Both the position numbers and the translations under genes were made by a program. The notes beneath the pieces are model-generated. The model saw only the letters and a program-made list of their open reading frames with translations. It was not told the origin of the DNA and did no database searches. Positions 30,579 through 40,910 of a DNA stretch of 64,000 nucleotides are shown here, piece by piece (the first letter of the stretch is position 1; each line of letters starts with the position of its first letter). Source of the DNA: Planctomycetota bacterium (GTDB taxonomy: Bacteria; Planctomycetota; UBA1135; UBA2386); assembly GCA_965228735.1 (NCBI GenBank), contig OZ245838.1, forward strand, positions 6,400,001-6,464,000, written 5' to 3'.

Positions 30579-32177
30579 ATGGCCGAGGACGCCAAGAACG
30601 TCGGCGACATGCGCGAGTGTCCGGAGTGCGGGGCGCTGAATCCGGCAGCAGCCGGGTACTGCGACGCGTGTGGGTGCATGTTTCCCAAGATCGCGCGGCC
30701 CGCACCGGCCGCAGTGCCGGACCCCGCAGCCGCGGCGTCCTCTGGCCCGCCACCGCTGCCGGGCGAATCGGCGAAGGAGGAGCCGCCGCCATTGCCGGGT
30801 GAGTCGGGTGGGACCGCGGCCGTCAGAACTCGGAGTACTGCCGCGGCCGACAGGCGCGGGCGGTCGGGGCGGCGCGGCAGGCGCTCGCCCGAGGACGTCG
30901 AGAAGATACGGGCGCGGCAGGAGTTCGCCCGCGTCAAGAGCACGGTCCAGACCGTGCGCATGGTCTACATCGTGAGCGCCGGTGGCGCGGCGGTGAACGT
31001 GTTCCTGTGGCACGTCCTGCTCCCGTACACGATGCAGCTCGTCCTCGGTGACAGCTACGGCACGTGGTTCCCGATCATGTCCGTCGCGCTGTACCTGCAG
31101 TTCGGCCTCATGACGGTCGGGGCCGTGCTCGTGTTGCGCGCCCCGCTGCTCTGGACCGTGATCGGCGCGGCTGTGTGGACGATGCAGAACCTCATGCAGT
31201 GGTGGCTCGTCATCGAGTGCCTCGCGATCAATCGGCGGATCGCGGAGTACGAGGCGTCGCCGCTGAGTGCGCTCTTCAGCTCGCGGCCTCCGGTCGAACC
31301 GATCGAGGTCGGCATGATCATCGTGATCGCCGCGTTCTGGTCGCTGATCGCGGCGGCGCTCTGGTTCGCGGCGTCGCAGGCCGCGCGGGTGCAGCGCCTC
31401 ATGCGCGAGAATCCGGAGCTGCAGATCGAGCGCAAGGGCCTCGACCCCTACAAGCGCGTCGACGGCGGCGTCGGCGACAAGCTCCGGAAGAAGCGCGAGG
31501 AAGAGAGCGGCAACGAAGCGAAGATGATCCTGAAGATCGGCGGCGGCGTCGTGATCGGTCTCGTCGTGTTGCTCGTGTTCCTGCTGCTCTCGTCGATGCC
31601 GCCGGCCGTCGATGGCGCGGTCGACCGCTTCACCGCAGCGTGGCGGAGCGCCGACCTCGAGGCGATCGACTCGCAACTGCAGCGCGGTTCTGTCGCGAAG
31701 GAGATCCGCCGCCACGGCTGGGGCGAGGCGACGCCGACGCTCGGCGAACCCGAGATGGAGGTCGGCGATGACCGGGTCGACGTCACCTGGCCATGCGCGG
31801 GCGACGAGATCCGCGCCCGCTTCGTGCTCGTGGAGGAGGCGTGGCAGCTGCAGGACGTCGTGATCCCCGAGCTCGATCCGCCGGCGATCGGGCCGGCGAT
31901 CGAACGCTACCGGGTGGCGTGGAGCAAGCCCGGGATGGATGCGCTCGTCGAGCAGTTCCGGCCCGACCTGCGACCGCGATTCGGCGCCGCGATGCGCCGC
32001 ATGTTCGAGAAGCGCGACTGGTCGCAGAAGCGGCCGGACCTCGGCGACGTCGATCCGGGCCGCGTGCGGAACGGCAACTGCAACGTGCTGTTCGCGATCG
32101 GCTTCGACGAGCTCAAGGTGCGGTTCGAGTACTGGCACCCCGAGTGGCAAGTGACGGGCATCATCCCGCCCCAGTGA
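30579..32177 (+). CDS. zinc-ribbon membrane protein with two tandem C-terminal alpha/beta repeats
   Basis: CPECG...CDACG, a Pro-rich linker, about 5 TM helices and two ~95-aa repeats (PPA...A(V/I).R(F/Y)..AW ... DE(I/L)..RF.....WQ). Confidence 0.75.
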   Translation: MAEDAKNVGDMRECPECGALNPAAAGYCDACGCMFPKIARPAPAAVPDPAAAASSGPPPLPGESAKEEPPPLPGESGGTAAVRTRSTAAADRRGRSGRRGRRSPEDVEKIRARQEFARVKSTVQTVRMVYIVSAGGAAVNVFLWHVLLPYTMQLVLGDSYGTWFPIMSVALYLQFGLMTVGAVLVLRAPLLWTVIGAAVWTMQNLMQWWLVIECLAINRRIAEYEASPLSALFSSRPPVEPIEVGMIIVIAAFWSLIAAALWFAASQAARVQRLMRENPELQIERKGLDPYKRVDGGVGDKLRKKREEESGNEAKMILKIGGGVVIGLVVLLVFLLLSSMPPAVDGAVDRFTAAWRSADLEAIDSQLQRGSVAKEIRRHGWGEATPTLGEPEMEVGDDRVDVTWPCAGDEIRARFVLVEEAWQLQDVVIPELDPPAIGPAIERYRVAWSKPGMDALVEQFRPDLRPRFGAAMRRMFEKRDWSQKRPDLGDVDPGRVRNGNCNVLFAIGFDELKVRFEYWHPEWQVTGIIPPQ

Positions 32178-33106
32178 GCGACGCTGCAGCGACGTCGGCG
32201 ACCATGCTCGAGTGCGTTCCCAACTTCTCCGAGGGCCGTGATCCGGCCGTCGTCGACGCGATCGCGGCTGCGATGACCGCGGTCGCCGGGGTCGGCTGTC
32301 TGCGATCCGAGCTCGATGCCGACCACCACCGCGCCGTCATCACGATCGCGGGCCCGGCCGACGCGGTGCAGGAGGCGGCGTTCCGCGGCGCGCGCACGGC
32401 CGTCGAACGGATCGACCTGCGGCGGCACACCGGCGTGCACAAGCGGATGGGGGCGCTCGACGTCTGCCCGTTCGTGCCGCTCGCCGGTGCGACGATGGCC
32501 GACGCGGTCGGCGCCGCGCGGGCGGTCGGCGCCCGCATCGCCGACGAGCTGGCGGTGCCGGTCTTCCTCTACGCCGAGGCCTGCACGCGCGAGCAGCGCC
32601 GCAAGCTCGGCAACGTGCGCAACCTGCAGTTCGAGGGCCTGCGCGACCTCGTCGGCCGCGATCCGGATTACGCGCCGGACTTCGGGCCGGCCCGCGTGCA
32701 CGAGAGCGCTGGTGCGACCGCGGTCGGTGCCCGGCGCTTCCTCGTGGCCTACAACATCAACCTGCGGAGCAACGATCTGCAGCTCGCGAAGGACATCAGC
32801 AAGGCGGTGCGCGAGCAGGGCGGCGGATTGCCCGGCGTGCAGGCCATGGGCTTCTTCCTCGACGGCAAGCAGCTGGCGCAGGTCTCGATGAACCTGCTCG
32901 ACTTCGAGCGCACGTCGATCCGCACCGTCTACGATCGCGTCGCTGAGCTCGCGGCCGCGCGCGGCGTCGAGGTCGCGGAGAGCGAACTCATCGGACTCGC
33001 GCCCGCTGCCGCGCTCGATGCCGACCTCGCCGCGCACATCAGACTGCCGGACTTCGATCCCGAGCGGCAGATCGTCGAGCGCCGGCTGGCGGCGCTCGCG
33101 AACTGA
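32174..33106 (+). CDS. ftcD: glutamate formimidoyltransferase
   Basis: LECVPNFSEGRD, DHHRAV, HTGVHKRMGALDVCPFVP, GATAVGAR, QVSMNL and ESELIGL. Start is GTG 32174 or ATG 32204. Confidence 0.93.
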   Translation: MSDAAATSATMLECVPNFSEGRDPAVVDAIAAAMTAVAGVGCLRSELDADHHRAVITIAGPADAVQEAAFRGARTAVERIDLRRHTGVHKRMGALDVCPFVPLAGATMADAVGAARAVGARIADELAVPVFLYAEACTREQRRKLGNVRNLQFEGLRDLVGRDPDYAPDFGPARVHESAGATAVGARRFLVAYNINLRSNDLQLAKDISKAVREQGGGLPGVQAMGFFLDGKQLAQVSMNLLDFERTSIRTVYDRVAELAAARGVEVAESELIGLAPAAALDADLAAHIRLPDFDPERQIVERRLAALAN

Positions 33107-33140
33107 GCGTCGCCCCGCGCGGTCTGCCGCCGCGGCGGCG

Positions 33141-34322
33141 CTACATGTCGCTGGAGCCGTCCGCGCCCGTCGGGTCGGTGAGCCGGATCCGGATCCGTTC
33201 TTCGCGCGGGGCGTCGGGCAGGCCCCGGATCAGCGTGACCGCGATCTCGTCGCCGGGCTTGCGGCTCGCGAGCACGCGTGGCAGCTCGCTGAAGCTGCGC
33301 ACCTGGCGGTCGTCGATCTTGACGATCACGTCGCCGTAGCGCTCGATGACGCCGCCGCGGCGACCGTCGCGGACGACGAACGGGCGGATGCCGGCGGCCG
33401 CGGCGCCGAGTCCCTCGACGACCTCGGTCACGATCGCGCCCGACGTATAACCGGTCTCGGGGTCGAGCCGCAGGTTGTCCCACTCGGTGCGGACGCCGAG
33501 CACCGCGGTCGTCGGCCGGTCCTGCAGCAGGCGCGGTACGATCTCGTTCACGGTGTCGACGGGCACGGCGAAGCCGATGCCGGAGTTGGTGCCGCTCGGC
33601 GAGTAGATCGCGGTGGTCACGCCGATGAGGCGGCCGGCCGAGTCGAGCAGCGGGCCGCCGGAGTTGCCCGGGTTGATCGCGGCGTCGACTTGGACGAGCC
33701 CGTGCATGAGCACCGTGCCGCGAGCCTGCTTGGCCTGGATCGTCCGATCGGTCGCGCTCACGATGCCGGTCGTCATCGTCTGGTCGAACCCGAACGGGTT
33801 GCCGATCGCGATCGCCGTCTGGCCGACGCGCAGGTCGCCCGAGCTGCCGAGTTCGATCGGCTGCAGTCCCGCGACGCGGCCGCGCAGCTGCAGCACCGCG
33901 AGGTCGTGGTTGGGGGAGCTGCGCAGCACGTCCGCGCGGTAGTTGCGCCCGGCGACCGTGACCTGCACCTCGCTCGCATTCTCGACGACGTGATGGTTGG
34001 TCACGATCGTGCCGGCGTCGTCCCAGACGAAGCCGCTGCCCGAACCCTGCTGCTCGGCGACCCGCCAGCCGTTGCGCACGACCGACGATGTGTTGATGTG
34101 CGCGACCGACGGCGAGCAGCGGTCGAACACTGCGATGAACGACTCCTCGAGCGGCGCGAGCTCCCCGCGCGGTGCGATCGTGCGTTTGGTGACGATCGGC
34201 GCGGGGTTGAACATCCCGGCGCGGTCGAGCACGAGGTAGGCCGCCAGCGCGAACGCGGCGCCGGCGACGAGCGTCGGCAGCAGACTGCTGCCGCGGCGGG
34301 GGTACTGTTGGTAGGTCGTCAC
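33141..34322 (-). CDS. HtrA/DegS-like serine protease with one PDZ domain
   Basis: GSGSGF, TNHHV, DLAVL, AIGNPFG, DAAINPGNSGGPL and C-terminal GDVIVKID. Confidence 0.93.
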   Translation of the reverse strand: MTTYQQYPRRGSSLLPTLVAGAAFALAAYLVLDRAGMFNPAPIVTKRTIAPRGELAPLEESFIAVFDRCSPSVAHINTSSVVRNGWRVAEQQGSGSGFVWDDAGTIVTNHHVVENASEVQVTVAGRNYRADVLRSSPNHDLAVLQLRGRVAGLQPIELGSSGDLRVGQTAIAIGNPFGFDQTMTTGIVSATDRTIQAKQARGTVLMHGLVQVDAAINPGNSGGPLLDSAGRLIGVTTAIYSPSGTNSGIGFAVPVDTVNEIVPRLLQDRPTTAVLGVRTEWDNLRLDPETGYTSGAIVTEVVEGLGAAAAGIRPFVVRDGRRGGVIERYGDVIVKIDDRQVRSFSELPRVLASRKPGDEIAVTLIRGLPDAPREERIRIRLTDPTGADGSSDM

Positions 34323-34388
34323 GGGTCCTCCCTACGATGAAAACGCAGAATACTCGAACAGGGCGTAGTAGGACGCGACGGCCACCGC

Positions 34389-34418
34389 GCCAAATCAGGC
34401 CGGGCCAGATCAGGCCGG
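34389..34418. repeat. 15-bp tandem duplication containing the aceE-like stop codon
   Basis: gccaaatcaggccgg followed by gccagatcaggccgg (1 mismatch). Confidence 0.7.
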
Positions 34419-37229
34419 ATCCGGCCAGAGCTGGCGCCATTCGCCGCGGTCGCCGGGTGCGTCGACGCGGCCCTGCAGCATGCGCGCTGCCGCGGGATGC
34501 AGCTTCACGTTCTCGAGCGCCGTCTTGCTGAGCGCCTCGCCGCATGCGTCGGCGATGCCGGCCGGGTCGAGCCCGTGATACGCGTAGACCTGCTTGGGCG
34601 TGCCGGACTTGCTGAACTTGACGACCGCCTTGCTGACCTGCTGCACGCCGACGACCGAACCGAGGTTGTCGAGCAGGCCGATCTCGCCGTCGTGCACGGA
34701 CACGATCGGGACCCGCCGGCCGGCGAGGTCCACGGCGTCGCCCGCGCCGAGCCCGCCGTCGCTCCCGCCCGCCGGTCGCAGGTGCAGGTCGCCGCTGACG
34801 CCGAGGCGCTCCAGCAGGTGGGCGTGCCCGTTCTGCCTGCCGAGTTCGCCGCACAAGAGGTCGGGCGAAGTGACGACGGTGACGTTGGCGTAGACGCCGC
34901 GGTCGAGCAGCTGCTCGGCGGCACCGACGGCCTCGGGCACGAGCGCGCCCATGACGAACAGCTCGACGACGTTCTCGCCGGGCTGATAGCCGCGGTAGCC
35001 GCGCCAGTCGATCAGGCGGTAGCCGCCCGCGAGCGCGTCCTGCTGCAGCTGCGCCATGATCGTCGCATCATCCCGATGGGTGACCTCGGCCTCGTGCATG
35101 CCGCCGTCCTCGGCCGTGAGCCCGAGCTCGACGCCGTCGGGCAGGTCCGTCTTGTTGGCGGCCTGCTTGCGCAGCCACGACAGCAGCATCTTCTGGTCGA
35201 GCGCGCGTGTCACGGCGCGGATGAGCACGCCGCTGCGGCCTTCGTTGTCGCGCTCGAAGTGGCGGCGGATCGCGTCGCACAGGATCCACTCCATCTCGAT
35301 CGCGAACGCCGGCTCCCAGGTGATCAGGTTGGGGATCTGGATGTCGCTCTTCCAGCTGTGCTGCGCACCCTCGGGCGCGAGCGTCACACCGCTCGGCGTG
35401 CCGACGAGGACGAACGAGCTGCGCCAGTAGAGGTTGTAGTAGAGCTGGTCGAGCGCGCGTTTGATGAAGAAGTCGTAGACCGTCATCATCGGCAGGAACG
35501 GGATCCCGGCGACGTGATCCATCTTGCCGAAGCTGCCGAGCGCCGTCATGCAGTTGGCCTCGGCGATCTCGAAGCGGATGTGGCGTGTCCAGGCCTCGTC
35601 CGTCGGCGCGAGCTCGGGGCGCAGGCGCTCGTGCAGATCGAGCTTGTCCTCCCAGTTCTCGTCGTGCTTCGGCCCGAAGATCTTCTCGTCCATCGCCGGG
35701 TTGATGTTGGTCGACGTGCCGACGTCCGGCGCCATCGTCATCATCAGGTCGGCGAGCGGGTTCCAGCGCGCTTCCTCGGCGGTCGGGTTCTTGCCCGCCT
35801 TGTTCTCCTTGCCGGCCTTCGCGAGCTCGTCGTAGACGCCGATGCGCACGAGCTTGGCCGCGAGCTGACCCCACATCCACTGCGTGTGGGTCGTCGGCGC
35901 GAGCTTGAGGTTGATGTCGAGGCTCTCGGGCATGCCGCCCTGCTCCTCGATCTGCGCGACGACGCGCTGCCGGTTGGCCTCGGCCTGCGTCTCGAGCGCC
36001 TCGATGCCGAGCCGCATCGCGAGGCCGCGCTGGGTCGCGTACTTGCCTTCTTCGCTCTCCTGGTCGAAGCGCTGGAACGGGCGCTCCAGCGACAGGCCGT
36101 GCTCTTCGAGGATCGCCTCGACCTCCTTCTCGTCAGGCAGCGCGGAGTGGTTGCCGTTGGCCGCGACACACTCGAGGCCGCGCCCCTTGATCGTGTGGGC
36201 GACGATCAGCGTCGGCGTCTGCTTGTCCTTCTTGCTCTCCTCGAAGGCGTCGACGATCGCCGCGAGGTCGTGACCGCCGGTGTCGAAGAACAGCTCGACG
36301 ATCTCGTCGTCGGACAGCGACTCGACGAGCGCCTTGCAACCCTTGTCGGCCGCCACGGCCGCCTGTCGCATCAGGTCGGCGTCACGCTTCCAGATCAGCG
36401 CCTGGTAGTGGTAGTCGGTGAGCCCGTCCTCGAGCACCCGCTTGAGGGCAGCGCCGCCCTTCTTCTTGAACACCTTCTCCCGGAACGTGCCGTGGCGCAG
36501 CTGGATCACCTGCCAGCCGTTCGCGACCGCCGTGCCTTCGATGCGATCCGCGTCCGTGCCCTTGAGGCCGCGGTTGTTGGGGATGCGCGTGCCGTCGAGG
36601 TTCTGACGGTTGTAGTCGACGATCCACGTGACGTTGCCGAGCTCGCGCTCCGCGACCTCGGGCAGCACCTCGAGCAGCGAGCCCTCGCGGAACTCGCTGT
36701 CGCCCATCATGCACCAGAAGTGCGGCTCGTCGACGTCCCAGCCGTGCTGCCGCGCGTAGCGGTAGGCGAGCGACAGGTAGGCCGCCACCACCGGGGGGAT
36801 GCCCACCGAGCCCGACGGCAGGAAGCGCCAGCCGTCCGGGTCGGCCTCGGCGTGGTAGCTCTGGAACACCGCCTTGCCGTCGTGCGAGAACGAGCGCAGC
36901 CGGTGCATCACGGCTTCGGCCGCTTCGTCGTCGAACCAGTTGCCGTCCGGATGCCGGAACAGGCCCATCGCGTGGTTGAGCGCGTGGTCCGCGGGCGAGG
37001 CGTGCGGCTTGCAGCAGACGAAGTCGCCGGGCTCGCGCACGTGCAGGTGCAGCGCCGCGAGGAAGTCGAGGCTGCTCGCGCACGCGGCGGGGTGGCCGCC
37101 GACCTTGGGGTCGGTCTTGTCGGCGTCCTCGCGGTTGTTCGCGATGTGGATCATCGCGACCATGTGGGCGAACGCGCGCTTCGTGATGCGCTCGATCAGC
37201 GGGAAGTCGGGCTGGCTCGGGGACTTCAT
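34410..37229 (-). CDS. aceE: pyruvate (2-oxoacid) dehydrogenase E1, homodimeric AceE-like
   Basis: KVGGH..ACASS, KPHASP, QSYH, SGSVG, TPP motif GDSE...YNRQNLD, HTIKGRG, EIAEAN and SGVTLAPEGAQH. Confidence 0.82.
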   Translation of the reverse strand: MKSPSQPDFPLIERITKRAFAHMVAMIHIANNREDADKTDPKVGGHPAACASSLDFLAALHLHVREPGDFVCCKPHASPADHALNHAMGLFRHPDGNWFDDEAAEAVMHRLRSFSHDGKAVFQSYHAEADPDGWRFLPSGSVGIPPVVAAYLSLAYRYARQHGWDVDEPHFWCMMGDSEFREGSLLEVLPEVAERELGNVTWIVDYNRQNLDGTRIPNNRGLKGTDADRIEGTAVANGWQVIQLRHGTFREKVFKKKGGAALKRVLEDGLTDYHYQALIWKRDADLMRQAAVAADKGCKALVESLSDDEIVELFFDTGGHDLAAIVDAFEESKKDKQTPTLIVAHTIKGRGLECVAANGNHSALPDEKEVEAILEEHGLSLERPFQRFDQESEEGKYATQRGLAMRLGIEALETQAEANRQRVVAQIEEQGGMPESLDINLKLAPTTHTQWMWGQLAAKLVRIGVYDELAKAGKENKAGKNPTAEEARWNPLADLMMTMAPDVGTSTNINPAMDEKIFGPKHDENWEDKLDLHERLRPELAPTDEAWTRHIRFEIAEANCMTALGSFGKMDHVAGIPFLPMMTVYDFFIKRALDQLYYNLYWRSSFVLVGTPSGVTLAPEGAQHSWKSDIQIPNLITWEPAFAIEMEWILCDAIRRHFERDNEGRSGVLIRAVTRALDQKMLLSWLRKQAANKTDLPDGVELGLTAEDGGMHEAEVTHRDDATIMAQLQQDALAGGYRLIDWRGYRGYQPGENVVELFVMGALVPEAVGAAEQLLDRGVYANVTVVTSPDLLCGELGRQNGHAHLLERLGVSGDLHLRPAGGSDGGLGAGDAVDLAGRRVPIVSVHDGEIGLLDNLGSVVGVQQVSKAVVKFSKSGTPKQVYAYHGLDPAGIADACGEALSKTALENVKLHPAAARMLQGRVDAPGDRGEWRQLWPDPA

Positions 37230-37336
37230 GGGGCGAAACACGGTACGGGGAACCGGCGCCGCTCGCCACTCTCGGGGGGCTCTTGGAACGTTTTCCGGGA
37301 CTCCGGCCCGCTCCGCGACCGGGCCCCGGGCCCGGC

Positions 37337-37945
37337 CTATTCGTCGTCGTCGAATCCGGCGTTCTGCAGCGAGCGCTCGAGGTCGCGCGCGAGCCGATTG
37401 CGCGCGGCGCGGGCCAGGCCGGCCAGGAGGAATGGCGGCCACAGGAAGTGTACTGCCTGGACCATCTGAATGACCTGGTAGCGCACCCCCATGTGGTCGT
37501 GGGCGAGCGCGAAACGGGCCAGGACGAAGTACAGCGCGATGATGGCCACGCCGCCCAGTGCCGTGAGCCAGTGCCCGGCAGTGACCAGGCCGCTGCTCGT
37601 CTCCAGCTGGTAGGCGACCACCGTGCGGTCGTCGGTCGGCCGCGATCCGGCGCGCAGCGAGCCCGCGTGCCGCAACCTGCCGCCGCCGCCCTCCCAAACG
37701 AGCGCGTCGGGGTGCGATTCGAGGAGTGCGATTCGGCTCAGCGGCGAGCCGACGACGCCGCGTTGCAGGAGTGCTTTCGCACTCCGAACGATCGTCGCCG
37801 GCGCGGCGTCGACGACGACCTCGCCGGTCGACGGAACGCTCAGCCGGCGCGCCGAGGTCCATACGAACACGGTGCCCGCGAGCCAGAACACGGCGGCGAT
37901 CGCGGCGATCAGGTCGAGCAGGATCGCGGCGGATTCGAAGTCCAT
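37337..37945 (-). CDS. hypothetical membrane protein
   Basis: Three hydrophobic segments, coding-like codon usage and TATGCT 8 nt before the ATG. Confidence 0.7.
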   Translation of the reverse strand: MDFESAAILLDLIAAIAAVFWLAGTVFVWTSARRLSVPSTGEVVVDAAPATIVRSAKALLQRGVVGSPLSRIALLESHPDALVWEGGGGRLRHAGSLRAGSRPTDDRTVVAYQLETSSGLVTAGHWLTALGGVAIIALYFVLARFALAHDHMGVRYQVIQMVQAVHFLWPPFLLAGLARAARNRLARDLERSLQNAGFDDDE

Positions 37946-38031
37946 GGCAGCGCAGCATACTCAGTGACCGCGATCATGGCAGTCTGCCCGGAGCGGTGAC
38001 CGTCGCGGCGCGGCTTCGTAGAAGCCCCCCG

Positions 38032-38961
38032 ATGCCGACTCCGCTCATTCCCCGGGTCGCGGCCGCCGCGACGCTCTCGCTCCTCGCCGTCGACCTCGTC
38101 GCCCAGCGCGCGACCCCGACCGCGAAGTTCGGCGACTTCTCGACGACGATCTCGCACGGCGTGGTGAAGGTCGGCCAGCACTCGCTCGCGGCGTTGCCGG
38201 TCGGCGGCACGTGGCGCCTCGGCAAGGATCACGCGAGCACGTGGTCGACCGACGTGCCGCTCGTCACGGATGGCGCCGTGATGCCGCCGGGCGAGTATCG
38301 CGTGAGCCTCGAACGGGTCGCCAAGGACCGCTGCGTGCTCGTGGCGAACGGCTCGGGGCACGCGCTCGGTCGCAAGGAGGCCAGCGGCGACTTCCGGCTC
38401 GCGGGCAAGCTCGCGACGCTGCCGCGGCCGAGCAAGAAGCTCGCGATCGACTGGGACCTCCCGAAGCCGCTGCCCAAGGACGCGACGACCGTGAACGCGA
38501 TGCTCTCGGTGCAGTTCGGCGAGGACCAGTGGACGGGTCAGGTCACGCTTCCGGCCGGTTCGACGCAGAAGGTCGGACGGTTCCGCGTGTCGACGTTCGC
38601 GCTCGAGAAGTCGGTGTTCGCGGCGGCCGACAAACCGATTCCGGTGGCCGTCGTCGAGGCCGGCCGCGGCCGCAAGAAGACGTCCTACAACCTCGTGCTG
38701 CAGGGCGATGAGGCCAGGCTCGTGCCGTGGATGGTCGCCCCGACGACGCACTTCGGCTTCGGCGAGATCGTGCCGCCCGACGCCGCGGCCATCACGCGCG
38801 GCACGGTCGAACGCCAGGATCTCGGCGAGGAGCTGCCGGCGGCGACCCTTGGTTTGCGCGACTCGGCGTACGAGAAGGGCAAGCCCGGCGACCTGCGGTT
38901 CACGTTCGCGGTCGGCAAGGAGTTGCTGACCGTGCGCGTGCCGGCGCCCCGCAAGCAGTGA
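38032..38961 (+). CDS. secreted DUF2911-like protein
   Basis: Signal peptide ending AQ, then WRLGKDHASTW.TD......G..MPPGEY resembling the DUF2911 core. Confidence 0.6.
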   Translation: MPTPLIPRVAAAATLSLLAVDLVAQRATPTAKFGDFSTTISHGVVKVGQHSLAALPVGGTWRLGKDHASTWSTDVPLVTDGAVMPPGEYRVSLERVAKDRCVLVANGSGHALGRKEASGDFRLAGKLATLPRPSKKLAIDWDLPKPLPKDATTVNAMLSVQFGEDQWTGQVTLPAGSTQKVGRFRVSTFALEKSVFAAADKPIPVAVVEAGRGRKKTSYNLVLQGDEARLVPWMVAPTTHFGFGEIVPPDAAAITRGTVERQDLGEELPAATLGLRDSAYEKGKPGDLRFTFAVGKELLTVRVPAPRKQ

Positions 38962-38962
38962 A

Positions 38963-40177
38963 CTACGCCATGCGCTCGACGTAGGCCTCGATGCGCGCGA
39001 GGAAGTCCTGCGCCAGCGTCGGCCCCTCGAGCGTGCACACGTGCTCGCCGTCCTCGAAGACGGGCGACCGCGGCGCTTCGCCCGTGCCGGGCAGTGAGAT
39101 GCCGATGTGCGCGGCCTTGCTCTCGCCCGGGCCGTTGACGACGCAGCCCATCACGGCAACCTGCAGCCCGGCGGCCTGCGGCTTGGTCTTCTGCCACTCG
39201 GGCATCCGCGCGACGAGGAACTTCTCGACCTCCTGCGACAGCTCCTGGAAGTAGCTCGACGTCGTGCGGCCGCAGCCGGGACACGCGGTGACCTGCGGCA
39301 GGAACGGGCGGATGTCCATCGCCTGCAGGATCTGCTGCGCGGCGCGCACCTCCTGCGTGCGCGGCCCACCGGGTTCCGGCGTGAGCGACACGCGGATCGT
39401 GTCGCCGATGCCCTGTTGCAACAGGATCGCCAGTCCCGCGGCCGAACTCACGAGACCCTTCATGCCCATGCCGGCCTCGGTGAGTCCGAGGTGCAGTGCG
39501 TGGTCCGTGCGATCGGCGAGCGCGCGGTAGACCCGCACGAGCTCCTGCACCTTGCTGATCTTGCAGCTCAGGATGATCTGCTCGCGCGCGAGGCCGAGCT
39601 CCTCGGCCGCGGCCGCCGAGCGCAGCGCGCTCTGCACCATCGCCTCGAGGAATACGGACGTCGCGTCGAGCGGCACCGAGGCCTTGGCGTTCTGCTCCAT
39701 CAGCGAGTCGAGCAGCTCCTGGTCGAGCGAACCGGCGTTCACGCCGATGCGAACGGGCCGATCGTGATCGATCGCGCACTGCACCATCGTCGCGAAGTTC
39801 TTGTCGTGGTTGGCTCCCTTGCCGACGTTGCCCGGGTTGATGCGGTACTTGGCGAGCGCGTCCGCGCACTCCGGGTACTTCCGCAGCAGCACGTGGCCGT
39901 TGTAGTGGAAGTCGCCGATGAGCGGCACGGCACCCGCGCCGAGGTCCGTGAGCCGCTGGCGGATCTCGGGGACGGCCGCGGCGGCTTCCTGCGTGTTGAC
40001 CGTGATCCGGACGATCTCGCTGCCCGCGTGGTAGAGCTCGGCCACCTGCGCGGCGGTCGCCGCCGGATCGGCCGTGTCCGTGTTGGTCATCGACTGGACG
40101 ACGACGGGCGCACAGCCGCCGACCGTGACGTCGCCGACCGCGACCGGGGTCGTCCGTTTGCGTTCTGGCAGGAACAT
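38963..40177 (-). CDS. ispG: (E)-4-hydroxy-3-methylbut-2-enyl-diphosphate synthase
   Basis: [50 protein letters not shown] and [11 protein letters not shown]. Confidence 0.96.
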   Translation of the reverse strand: MFLPERKRTTPVAVGDVTVGGCAPVVVQSMTNTDTADPAATAAQVAELYHAGSEIVRITVNTQEAAAAVPEIRQRLTDLGAGAVPLIGDFHYNGHVLLRKYPECADALAKYRINPGNVGKGANHDKNFATMVQCAIDHDRPVRIGVNAGSLDQELLDSLMEQNAKASVPLDATSVFLEAMVQSALRSAAAAEELGLAREQIILSCKISKVQELVRVYRALADRTDHALHLGLTEAGMGMKGLVSSAAGLAILLQQGIGDTIRVSLTPEPGGPRTQEVRAAQQILQAMDIRPFLPQVTACPGCGRTTSSYFQELSQEVEKFLVARMPEWQKTKPQAAGLQVAVMGCVVNGPGESKAAHIGISLPGTGEAPRSPVFEDGEHVCTLEGPTLAQDFLARIEAYVERMA

Positions 40178-40269
40178 GGGGGCGAACAGGATAGCGGCCC
40201 GGCGCCGCGAGTCAGGCCCGGACTTCCCGGTGGCGCGTCTTCCGGGGGCCGCGGATCCCCCGCGGCGCG

Positions 40270-40779
40270 TCAGCCCTGCAACAGCTGCAGGATCCGGCCG
40301 CAGTGGTGGGCGTCGTGCTCGGCGACGAACACGCAGAGATCGAAGAGCCGCATCGGCTGGTCGAGCCGCGGGTGCCGGGCGCTCCTGGCGAACGCCGCCG
40401 CGTCGCAGCCGGCCAGTCGGTCGACCCACGCGCCGCGGGTGCGGGCGAACTCGCCGACCAGATTCGCGAGCGTTCCCGCGTTGTGATCGGCCGCGTGGCT
40501 CTTCGTGTTCTGCAGGTCGGCGGCGGTCAGGGTCTCGGCGCCGCCGAGGATCTCCTCGGTGCGCGTGCTCCACAGCTCCTCGAGATCGAGCAGGTGGCCG
40601 ACGTTCTCCTGGATCGACCAGCGCTCGCCGTCGCGCGCCGTCGCCGTGCCCGGCGCGAGGTCCTGGCAGAACGCGTGGATCTGCAGCGGCGTCGCCATGA
40701 GCCGGGCGAGCACGTCGTGGAAGTTCTCCGGCGCGAGTCCGAACTCGAACCGGCGCTCGAACCAGGGTTGGCGGGTCAT
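40270..40779 (-). CDS. DinB/YfiT family metalloprotein
   Basis: [15 protein letters not shown] and EHDAHH. Confidence 0.88.
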   Translation of the reverse strand: MTRQPWFERRFEFGLAPENFHDVLARLMATPLQIHAFCQDLAPGTATARDGERWSIQENVGHLLDLEELWSTRTEEILGGAETLTAADLQNTKSHAADHNAGTLANLVGEFARTRGAWVDRLAGCDAAAFARSARHPRLDQPMRLFDLCVFVAEHDAHHCGRILQLLQG

Positions 40780-40910
40780 GGGGTCAGTGTAGGACCGGAC
40801 GCGACGGCGTCGTTCCCGGTTCTCGGCGCGGGTGGCTGGATCTTCGCCCGGGACGGAAGGGCCCGCGAAATCCATGGTGGCCGTTGGCATGCGGCACTAG
40901 TTTCGCGCCG

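Noticed and set aside
34497..37469. 990-aa ORF on the + strand, and the 1182-aa extended aceE call
   Set aside because: The first is an antisense shadow. The aceE extension overlaps the real membrane-protein gene at 37337-37945.
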